A stretch of DNA of 52,945 nucleotides. It comes from Candidatus Yanofskybacteria bacterium (lineage in GTDB: Bacteria; Patescibacteriota; Minisyncoccia; 2-02-FULL-40-12; IGHO2-01-FULL-4-A). A program made the translations under genes and the position numbers. The stretch's first letter is position 1, and each line of letters opens with the position of its first letter. Below the pieces are notes generated by a model. That model did not search any database, was not told where the DNA came from, and saw only the letters and a program-made list of their open reading frames with translations. Below, in pieces: positions 26,309-35,895 of this stretch. The stretch covers positions 73,718-126,662 of the forward strand of contig JACOZV010000004.1 in NCBI GenBank assembly GCA_016181175.1, written 5' to 3'.

Positions 26309-27865
26309 TCACTTGGAAAGGACTTTTTGTTTTTTTGTTAAACTTCTCAAAAACCATACCAAAATACAGTAGGACACTAACAACATCGGCCAGCTAAAAC
26401 TAATCGCAAGCGTAGCCCAACTTGGCGCCGCCAACAATTTAATAATCTTGAGCTCTATGGTAGTTAATAACCAAGCAAAATAACCGAAAAATTGTCCTAA
26501 AAACGGCATGATTATGCCGATAAGGCCACTAATAAAGCCCAGAAGCATGGCAAACGGTATGGTCGGCAAAATGATAATATTAGCAGGCAACGAAGTTAAA
26601 GAAAAATTTTTAAAATAGTAAATCAAGAGCGGCAGAACTAAGAGTTGAGCCGATACCGTCATGGCAAATGTTTCACGCAAGTTAAATAACCTGGGCAGTT
26701 TTGTAAAATATTTTTCAAGGACCGGAAACACGTAGATGAGTCCGAGCGTCGCCGCGAAAGACAATTGAAAACCTATGTCATAACGCAAAATGGCTGGATT
26801 AATCAAAATCATTACCGCGCCGGCAAGGGTTATCGCATTGCGCGGATCACTCAATCTCCCCTCTCTCTGTGCCAGCAAAACTAAAGAACCCATAATAGAC
26901 GCCCGCACCACAGAAGCCTGCGCTCCTGTCAAAACAGTAAACATGGCCACACCAATTAATGAGAACCAAAAAGCCGTCTGCCTCCTTAAAAACAAAATAA
27001 AAAAAGAGGAAATAACCATGACCACTATCGTAATATTGTAACCAGACACCGCGAGAATGTGGCTGGTGCCGGTACGAGAAAAATCGTCTTTAACGTCTTG
27101 CGGAATCTGTGAGCGACTGCCAAGAAGTATCCCGTTGATAAACACCGCGTTGGGTTCGGCGATTGATCTGGTAATTGAGTCTTCAAACGTTTTTTTAAGG
27201 ACAAAGATTTTTTTAAAAATTAAGATTTTTGCATATTCATACTTACTTAGGAGTTGAACTCCTAAGTTGTCTGCAATTTTAATCTCCGGATAAAAAAGCG
27301 TGGTGTATATTCTGTCTTTAGCCAGATAAGAAATGTAATCAAAGTCATCAAAATTTTCAGGTTTTTTAATATTGCCGTAAACCCACAGTTGATCACCATA
27401 CTGATACCTGGGATAGAGTTCTGTTGTAATCAAAACTCTCTCTTCGACCACAACCATGTATGGCGGCACGTTTAGTTGTTTCGCATAAAAAGAAAACCTC
27501 TGCTTATTGCCGATGACTTCAGGTTCATTAGATATATAGCCCAAAATGGTAACTTTTATGGGATGTTTGTTCTGCGGATCTACAACCCGTTCTTGTGCTT
27601 CAGCAAACTTTTGGAGATTGTGAGTCTTGGAGTTAACGGCATTATAACGCAAAACTCCAGCAAAAAAGAAAAGGGTCACGAAAGCGGCAAAAGCCAATTT
27701 GACGTTAAGCAAACCGGAGTCACGACGGTAGAAAATGGCGATAAGCGCCGCGCAGATTACGGCCGCAACCAAAGCTGTGATTTTTGAAATATTAAAAAAC
27801 GAACCGGCAAAAATGCCGAGAACAAAAGAAAGGAGAATATAAAAAAATATCTGTGAACGATGCAT
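26309..27865 (-). CDS. comEC: ComEC/Rec2 DNA internalisation channel (DUF4131 plus Competence domains, no MBL domain)
   Basis: Polytopic membrane protein with the typical core GTSHILAVSGYNITIV...GAQASVVRASIMG. The ATG at 27865 (MHRSQIFFY) is preferred over the track start at 27895, which lies inside repeat copy D. Confidence 0.85.
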   Translation of the reverse strand: MHRSQIFFYILLSFVLGIFAGSFFNISKITALVAAVICAALIAIFYRRDSGLLNVKLAFAAFVTLFFFAGVLRYNAVNSKTHNLQKFAEAQERVVDPQNKHPIKVTILGYISNEPEVIGNKQRFSFYAKQLNVPPYMVVVEERVLITTELYPRYQYGDQLWVYGNIKKPENFDDFDYISYLAKDRIYTTLFYPEIKIADNLGVQLLSKYEYAKILIFKKIFVLKKTFEDSITRSIAEPNAVFINGILLGSRSQIPQDVKDDFSRTGTSHILAVSGYNITIVVMVISSFFILFLRRQTAFWFSLIGVAMFTVLTGAQASVVRASIMGSLVLLAQREGRLSDPRNAITLAGAVMILINPAILRYDIGFQLSFAATLGLIYVFPVLEKYFTKLPRLFNLRETFAMTVSAQLLVLPLLIYYFKNFSLTSLPANIIILPTIPFAMLLGFISGLIGIIMPFLGQFFGYFAWLLTTIELKIIKLLAAPSWATLAISFSWPMLLVSYCILVWFLRSLTKKQKVLSK

Positions 27866-27878
27866 GGTGTTCGTTGTA

Positions 27879-28071
27879 TCAAAATTACAAACCAACCTAT
27901 ACCGAAGAGCTCGATAACCAGCTACGCGAGTTCTTTTTGTTCAATCCACCCGATTACGGGATTTTTCACAAAAAGCCTCGCCTACGCCGAAATAACATCC
28001 TCTCGGTATTGATTATCTAGTTGCTAAACGCACGCCCATCTGCTGATGGGCTTGGGGTTTGTAATTTTTGA
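27879..28071 (-). repeat. TIR-bounded structured intergenic element, copy D (divergent interior)
   Basis: TCAAAATTACAAACC at 27879-27893 and GTTTGTAATTTTTGA at 28057-28071. Hairpin 1 is GCCCATC-agca-GATGGGC (read on the minus strand). Hairpin 2 has the same geometry as in the other copies but a different sequence. Confidence 0.65.
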
Positions 28072-28141
28072 AAAATGGCTCCCCAAACTTGAATTAAAAT
28101 GGCTTAAAATATAAGTTTTTTGATAATTTTGACCCAAACAC

Positions 28142-28170
28142 TTGACAATGCCCTAGCGATTTGCTATACT
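28142..28170 (+). promoter_or_regulatory. Near-consensus sigma-70 promoter (TTGACA-17-TATACT) driving the small RNA
   Basis: TTGACA at 28142-28147, exact 17-nt spacer, TATACT at 28165-28170. There is no + strand ORF downstream. Confidence 0.55.
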
Positions 28171-28176
28171 TAAATT

Positions 28177-28290
28177 ACAATAAGCAAGGTCTAGGAGGCA
28201 GGTATTCCGGGCAGCCAATCGCGACCCCCTAGCACATAAGCCCCGGCCGGCATAAGTCGCGACCCCACTGCAGAAACGTGGGGTTTTTTA
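28177..28290 (+). ncRNA. Orphan small RNA (~110 nt) of unknown class
   Basis: Bounded by the promoter above and the terminator CCCCAC-tgcagaaac-GTGGGG plus a T-run (28263-28289). The interior has CTAGGAGG/CCCCCTAG pairing and a duplicated TCGCGACCCC box. Both flanking protein genes are on the opposite strand. Confidence 0.5.
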
Positions 28291-28299
28291 TTTTTTAAA

Positions 28300-28878
28300 C
28301 TATGTCAGCGCGGCTAATTCTTTTAAGACCGACTCAAAGGCATTAATTGCGAATAATGCCTGCTGGTGGGTCAGGCGGAAGTTGGCGTCGTGAACCAACA
28401 GATTGCGAAGTTTGTGGGCATCCCAGAGATATTGGAGATTGATTATCTGATCTGGCTTGATGAGCATCAAGCGTTCTCCCATTGATTCTCCGACGAAACC
28501 GGCGGTTTTCAGGACATCATCAACAAATTTATCGGCCTCAATTACGGCCAGTTTCCACTCGGCCTCAACAAAAGAATCAACGTGCCGTCTTATTTCCTGC
28601 CAACGGTTATCATAAGCCGTTACCGCTTCAACCGGCAGATTAAATTCACCTTTTATCCCAACCAATTCTTCTTTCAATGTGCCCAAAGTCCACAGTTTGC
28701 GGATCACTATCACAAAAATTGTTCCAAAAATAACTGTCAAAATTATCGCCACCGTTTTAATGTCAACAATAAGTCCGTGATAATCAAAATTGCTTAAAAA
28801 ATTCAAGGCCGTATCAAAAATCTGCGCCAATTGAGGAGAAACGTCTGTGCCGGAAATTGTGGCTGGTAATTGTGTCAT
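28300..28878 (-). CDS. Hypothetical single-pass membrane protein
   Basis: 192-aa ORF with one TM segment (VAIILTVIFGTIFVIVI) and a helical C-terminal domain. No family recognised. Confidence 0.5.
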   Translation of the reverse strand: MTQLPATISGTDVSPQLAQIFDTALNFLSNFDYHGLIVDIKTVAIILTVIFGTIFVIVIRKLWTLGTLKEELVGIKGEFNLPVEAVTAYDNRWQEIRRHVDSFVEAEWKLAVIEADKFVDDVLKTAGFVGESMGERLMLIKPDQIINLQYLWDAHKLRNLLVHDANFRLTHQQALFAINAFESVLKELAALT

Positions 28879-28881
28879 ATT

Positions 28882-30327
28882 TTATTTCAACGATTCTTCT
28901 AGTTGGAATGCTACTTGCAAAAGCCTTGCTTCGTCAAAATGCTTGGCGACTATCTGGAAACCAACTGGCAGTTTTTTGTTGACCACCTCTGCAAAACCGC
29001 ACGGCAAGGAAACTGCAGGCAAACCGGCAAGGTTTATCGGCGAGGTGTAGATATCAGCAAGATAGGCCGACAAAGGATTATCAAGTTCGTTGAGTTTGGG
29101 CGCAACCGTAGGCATCGTGGGGCCAACGACAACGTCATATTTTTCAAAAATCCTGTCGAAATCTTTTTTAATCAAGGCCCTAACTTTTTGGGCTTTAAGG
29201 TAATAGGCGTCGTAATAACCCGCTGAAAGGGCATAAGTTCCCAGCATAATCCTCCTCTTAACTTCATCACCCAGTCCATTTGCTCTCGTTTCTAAATACG
29301 TGTCCAACAAGTTTTCTGCTTTTTTTGACGATAGACCATACCTCATCCCATCATATCTTGCCAGATTTGCCGAAACTTCAGACGACACAATTATATAATA
29401 AGTCGCGATCGCATAATCAATCATCGGCAAACTTACCTGATCAACATGAGCACCGAGTAATTCAAGTTTGGCAATTGCGGCCTGCACCAAATTATTCACT
29501 TGGCTGTCCAGACCTTCAGTAAAAAATTCTTTAGGCACAGCCACTTTTAAACCAGCTATCGGCTTTTTCAGATTGGCGGTGTAGTCCGGCAACTCACGAT
29601 ACGAGCTGTTCGGCATTGAGCTCACGACCGAAATGCTGGTTGAATCAGCTTGGTCATGTCCGGCAATGGTGTTAAGTACAATTGCCACATCTTCAACTGT
29701 TTTGGTGATCGGCCCGATTTGATCAAGGCTTGAAGCCATAGCAATTAAGCCGTGACGTGAAACCAGTCCGTAGGTCGGCTTAAGGCCCACAACGCCGCAC
29801 CAAGCGGCTGGAGCACGGATAGAACCGCCTGTATCAGAGCCGAGGGCATAAACCGCAAGGCCTGCGGCAACCGCCGCCCCGGATCCGCTTGATGAGCCGC
29901 CGGCAACACGCATATTGTCGTGAGGATTCAGTGTGGGTCCAAAAGCGGATTTCTCCCCTGTCGCACCCATGGCAAATTCATCAAGATTCGTCTTACCAAG
30001 AAAAACCGCTCCGGCATTTTTTAACTTCGTTATGACTGTTGCATCATAGGGCGCAATGTAATTTTCTAAAATTCTTGACGCCGCTGTGCATTTTTCTCCT
30101 TCAATTAAGATATTATCCTTAACCGCGCATGGTATTCCAGTTAAAGGAGACACAAGAGTCCGAAATTTAGAATCTGGGAGAGGGTCAAAAATTGAAAGAT
30201 ACGCGTTGAATTTTGGGTTTTCTTTCTTGGCAAGTTTTTGATACTCTGCAGTAATTTCCTCAACCGAAAACTCACCCCTTTTCAAACCCTCATTGATAGA
30301 TTTAATTGTGTAATCACTAATATTCAC
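28882..30327 (-). CDS. gatA: Asp/Glu-tRNA(Asn/Gln) amidotransferase subunit A
   Basis: Amidase signature GGSSSGSGAAVAAG...GSDTGGSIR. 481 aa. Downstream of gatC. Confidence 0.93.
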   Translation of the reverse strand: MNISDYTIKSINEGLKRGEFSVEEITAEYQKLAKKENPKFNAYLSIFDPLPDSKFRTLVSPLTGIPCAVKDNILIEGEKCTAASRILENYIAPYDATVITKLKNAGAVFLGKTNLDEFAMGATGEKSAFGPTLNPHDNMRVAGGSSSGSGAAVAAGLAVYALGSDTGGSIRAPAAWCGVVGLKPTYGLVSRHGLIAMASSLDQIGPITKTVEDVAIVLNTIAGHDQADSTSISVVSSMPNSSYRELPDYTANLKKPIAGLKVAVPKEFFTEGLDSQVNNLVQAAIAKLELLGAHVDQVSLPMIDYAIATYYIIVSSEVSANLARYDGMRYGLSSKKAENLLDTYLETRANGLGDEVKRRIMLGTYALSAGYYDAYYLKAQKVRALIKKDFDRIFEKYDVVVGPTMPTVAPKLNELDNPLSAYLADIYTSPINLAGLPAVSLPCGFAEVVNKKLPVGFQIVAKHFDEARLLQVAFQLEESLK

Positions 30328-30375
30328 TAGGTATTGATTTTACCCCGTTATAAGTTTAATTCGTGCCACATTATC

Positions 30376-30738
30376 CTACTTCCCGCGATTACTTATAACG
30401 GAATGAACTTTAACAAAATTGCCCTTGCTGTCCGGGGCCATTTCAACAAGTTTTACAGCTTTAGCCACTTGATCTTCCAACGACTTTTTCATTGATTCAC
30501 CCAGCACCACTTTGGGTAGCCACAAAGTGGTGCTGGGTTCATCTTTCCGTAAAACATTCTCAAGCCCAGCGTTTTGGGTAACCAACCGTGCATCATCTGT
30601 GTTAACTTCTTTTAACTTATCAATATAACTCAAAATCGCCCCAAGCTCTTCGGCTATTTTTTGCTTTTCTTTCTCGGCCAATTTGATCCTTGCTAAACTA
30701 GCCACATGCTCTATTTCTTTTTTGGAAATTTCAGCCAT
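30376..30738 (-). CDS. gatC: Asp/Glu-tRNA(Asn/Gln) amidotransferase subunit C (with C-terminal extension)
   Basis: I.HVASLARIKL.E.E......L..IL.YIDKL.EV.T is typical GatC. The protein is about 25 aa longer than usual. Confidence 0.8.
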   Translation of the reverse strand: MAEISKKEIEHVASLARIKLAEKEKQKIAEELGAILSYIDKLKEVNTDDARLVTQNAGLENVLRKDEPSTTLWLPKVVLGESMKKSLEDQVAKAVKLVEMAPDSKGNFVKVHSVISNRGK

Positions 30739-30742
30739 GGTA

Positions 30743-32764
<2,022 letters not shown>

Positions 32765-32791
32765 TTAAAATTATCACATTTTAGAGTAAAA

Positions 32792-32822
32792 CAAAAGCCC
32801 GGATATTGTCCTGGGGCTTTTA
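32792..32822 (-). terminator. Probable terminator after the 817-aa secreted protein gene
   Basis: Minus strand: AAAAGCCCCAGGA-caat-ATCCGGGCTTTTGTTTT (imperfect stem plus T-run). Confidence 0.5.
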
Positions 32823-32863
32823 ATTTTTACGGCGTTTTGCTTCTATTTTCTAGATTCTAGATT

Positions 32864-35317
32864 CTATTTGGGGCTCACCTCTTTCCAAATTGGAATAGGA
32901 CGTTCAACACCAACAGGCTTTGTGAGAGAACAAGAAAAGCCGTCTTTATCGGTAGCCGTCTCGGTAACATTGTATATTCCTTGACTTATATAAGCATGGG
33001 TTGGATTCTGAATGGTAGACGATCCCCCATCTCCAAAAACCCAGCTCCAGCCACGCTGTCCTTGACTGCTACCGTCAAAAAACTGGGTCAGATCGGAGAA
33101 CTGAATCTGTTGATCAATCACCGGTTTGGCCGGTAACCATGAAAAATTCACGCTGGGATAAGCATGTTTTGGAGTTTTCCAAGATTGGGATTGCGTCCAG
33201 CCGGAAACTGCATCTTGAGAATCCCAAACTCGGACTCTTGATTTATAAGTAACGCCAAACTGCAACGGACTGGCAAAATATGAAGTTCCACTGGAACTAA
33301 CTTTGCCGGAATCAATTTCAGGGTTCTGGAATGAGCCCTGATCATCAACTTGAACTTGATAGGCAGATTGCGTATCGCCATCAGGATCAGAATAAATCCA
33401 GTTAATAATGGCAGCCGGACCTGAAACACAGTAATCCGGCTCGGCAACGGTAACCGAGGTAACAGACGGAGAAGAATTGGGCGGTGGGACAGAGGAGGTG
33501 TAAATGGTAAAAATAATCCGGCCTCCGCTTTCCATGACTTGGCTTACAGGTCCGTCATTCGAAGTAGAAGAACAAGAACCTTGTGAAAAATTATTAGGAT
33601 CGTTCCCCTCAACTGGGTAGCCGCCGATGCAGCTTTGGGCAGAAATCGAAGAAACCGTTTCACCCGCTGCTGGAGTATAGGTCAGGGTATATGTCGCACC
33701 GGCTCCCAACATGCCATAATAAAAAGAGTTTAAGGTATTAGAACTAGCTGGGGGCAAATTACCAGAAACAGGCGTGATAGTATAAGTTCCATCCAAAGAA
33801 CTTTGATTTGACATCACTTTTATTCTGGTATTCCTAAAATGAGCTATAAATGAGTCGGAATCCGTGCCTACGCAGCTATCTTTACCCGGGCTACTGCCGA
33901 CACATTGAAAAGCACTCCATGCGTCATTCTGTATATTATTTCCTTCCGGGTCAGTAAAACCAAACACTGCCGCCCAATCGTAACCAACGCCCAAAGGTGG
34001 CTGTGGCGAAGTAAAATAAGCAGACCAATTATTCCTCATGAGAGGACGCCAAAAACCGCTTGGGATTATTTCCCTGTGCCAGTCGGAATATGGAACAGCA
34101 TAATTATAAGTAAAGGAAACACCACTAAAAGAAAACTCCCCAGCCCCATTATCCATCAGTGAATCAAAAGTTACTCCGACATGAGCTTCAACTGAAAACG
34201 TCGCGGAAGCGGAAGATGAACTTGTCGGAGCCACGTTGCAAGCATTCAGTGGCGGTTCAACATCGGTAAAGTTTACGGTTTGAGTCCAATTGCCCATGTC
34301 CCCAGGCGTCCATCCGCTGGCGGCCACCCAAAGAGTGCCGTCAGAACCCACCGGCGCATTTCCCAAATAACAATTTTCAATAACAGGGACGCCGTTTAGT
34401 GTAGAACTCCACAAAACGTAATGGTTGGGAGGACCGCCTGTAATGCCATACTGGGTCTGGTCTCCACCGGTAGTATAAATAGCCCACGGATGGTCCGTCT
34501 CGCTAAAAAAAGTGTCGGTACAGCAATTTATGTGCAATAGCGTAGGAAGGGTTGAGGCAACCCTGACCGTTGCCACTGTTGAAGCAAAACCACCGCCCCC
34601 CTGAACTGTATAAGTAAATTCGTAAGTATAACTTGCTTGGCAATCGGCAATCTGACTGGGTGGAATACTTCCCGAAGTTCCGGAAATATCCGGAAACGAA
34701 CCGCTGATAGTACCGCAAGCATCTTGCGAAATATTATCACCAGAGGCGTTTTTTATCTGAAGCTGGGTACTGCCCGAATCCGCATCGGTAGAATCCCATT
34801 CATATTCAACGTAGGTATTGACATTAACTAGAATATCAGTTGAATCGTTGACGGTAAGAGTAGCAGTTGGCGGTGGTGTTGGCGTAGGAGTCGGGGTGGG
34901 CGTGGGAGTGGGGGTGGGTGTGGGGGTTGGGGTCGGCGCCGGAAAAGCCTGAATCGTTACAGGGCCATAATCCACTCGGTTGTCCCAGTTAGCGTCATGA
35001 GTTACCAAAGTAACATCATAATATTGATTAACTTCAGTTAAAAACTCGCTATATATAGAACTGTTTGGTGGATATTCGTAAGAGTCCAATATCCCAACAC
35101 CGGTTTTAGAATACCAATAATACAATTGCCCCACCCAACCGTCCGATAATCCATTTGTATCGCCCGTAACCGAGGTTATGCAATCATTTTCACCGGGTGG
35201 CACGGTGCAATTTCCGCCAACAAGCGACGTGGCACTGGCAAAATGAGGTGTAATAAAAAATATCAGCGCAGAAACAGCTAGAAATAAAATTAAACCGTGA
35301 TTTTTAAAATTATTCAT
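32864..35317 (-). CDS. Large secreted surface protein: signal peptide, (PT)n linker, unknown central domains, FN3-like and C-terminal PKD domain
   Basis: The N-terminus has a signal/TM segment. APTPTPTPTPTPTPTPTPTPPPTA is encoded at about 34869-34940. Near the C-terminus there is an FN3-like segment (QSAYQVQVDD...SGKVSSSGTSY...YKSRVRVWDSQDAVSGW). The PKD signature is WVFGDGGSS..QNPTHAY...G.Y.V..TATD..G. Confidence 0.7.
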   Translation of the reverse strand: MNNFKNHGLILFLAVSALIFFITPHFASATSLVGGNCTVPPGENDCITSVTGDTNGLSDGWVGQLYYWYSKTGVGILDSYEYPPNSSIYSEFLTEVNQYYDVTLVTHDANWDNRVDYGPVTIQAFPAPTPTPTPTPTPTPTPTPTPTPPPTATLTVNDSTDILVNVNTYVEYEWDSTDADSGSTQLQIKNASGDNISQDACGTISGSFPDISGTSGSIPPSQIADCQASYTYEFTYTVQGGGGFASTVATVRVASTLPTLLHINCCTDTFFSETDHPWAIYTTGGDQTQYGITGGPPNHYVLWSSTLNGVPVIENCYLGNAPVGSDGTLWVAASGWTPGDMGNWTQTVNFTDVEPPLNACNVAPTSSSSASATFSVEAHVGVTFDSLMDNGAGEFSFSGVSFTYNYAVPYSDWHREIIPSGFWRPLMRNNWSAYFTSPQPPLGVGYDWAAVFGFTDPEGNNIQNDAWSAFQCVGSSPGKDSCVGTDSDSFIAHFRNTRIKVMSNQSSLDGTYTITPVSGNLPPASSNTLNSFYYGMLGAGATYTLTYTPAAGETVSSISAQSCIGGYPVEGNDPNNFSQGSCSSTSNDGPVSQVMESGGRIIFTIYTSSVPPPNSSPSVTSVTVAEPDYCVSGPAAIINWIYSDPDGDTQSAYQVQVDDQGSFQNPEIDSGKVSSSGTSYFASPLQFGVTYKSRVRVWDSQDAVSGWTQSQSWKTPKHAYPSVNFSWLPAKPVIDQQIQFSDLTQFFDGSSQGQRGWSWVFGDGGSSTIQNPTHAYISQGIYNVTETATDKDGFSCSLTKPVGVERPIPIWKEVSPK

Positions 35318-35771
35318 TGGCCGTATAAATTAAAGTTACCAGAATTTGGTCAATTATTTCTCTTTTTTGGACGATTACCGTAATCTGCGCGTTTTTATTC
35401 GGCAAAGAATTGACCTGCAAAATTTTTGATACTATCGGGGCGTTATTGGAACGCGAAGATTCCTCGGTAAAACTGATGCCATGTTCGTTAAAATAATTTT
35501 TGTATATCTTCAAGGCTTCATCCATACTTTTGGCCGTTTCATAAACGATCGTATACTGCTTATCAACGGGCCCCGGACGGTATACGTAAAAATTACTAAG
35601 CAGATTCTCTTTTTCTAAAGGAAAATCCTCAAAAAAGGAAGGAATCTTGTCTAACTTAATGGGAACCGCATATTGTTTGTCTGGCTTATTATAAAACAAA
35701 AAAAACCAGACCAAGGTGCTGGCAATAACAGCTAATAAAATTATTATGAAACTTTTTCTATTTTTGAGCAT
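35310..35771 (-). CDS. Hypothetical membrane-anchored protein
   Basis: 153 aa with an N-terminal TM segment (FIIILLAVIASTLVWFFLF). No recognised family. It overlaps the start of the downstream large gene by 8 nt. Confidence 0.45.
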   Translation of the reverse strand: MLKNRKSFIIILLAVIASTLVWFFLFYNKPDKQYAVPIKLDKIPSFFEDFPLEKENLLSNFYVYRPGPVDKQYTIVYETAKSMDEALKIYKNYFNEHGISFTEESSRSNNAPIVSKILQVNSLPNKNAQITVIVQKREIIDQILVTLIYTANE

Positions 35772-35859
35772 TGAAAATCAAAAAATCAAATAATCTATTG
35801 TTTAATTATAACTTTGTAAAATCAGGACAGCAACCAAATCTTATCAACACAGATGTAAT

Positions 35860-35895
35860 TTAAAATAAAAACAAACCCCCGCTACATGCCGGGGG
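35860..35895 (-). terminator. Probable terminator overlapping the stop codon of the 35882 gene
   Basis: Minus strand: CCCCCG-gcatgtag-CGGGGG followed by TTTGTTTTTATTTT. Confidence 0.5.

Noticed and set aside
28177-28290. Possibility that the orphan small RNA is the SRP (4.5S) RNA, because of CAGG...GCAGCCAA, which resembles the helix 8 strands.
   Set aside because: I could not build the required long hairpin with a GNRA-type tetraloop and the symmetric and asymmetric loops. The 3' half (duplicated TCGCGACCCC box plus terminator) does not pair back to the 5' end. It is left as an RNA of unknown class pending a covariance-model scan.
32849-32869. TCTAGAT x2-3 tandem heptamers at the stop codon of the 817-aa gene, as relatives of the pilA leader CTAGTTT repeats.
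   Set aside because: Only the CTAG core is shared. The unit sequence, copy number and position (3' end versus 5' leader) all differ, so this is probably coincidental.
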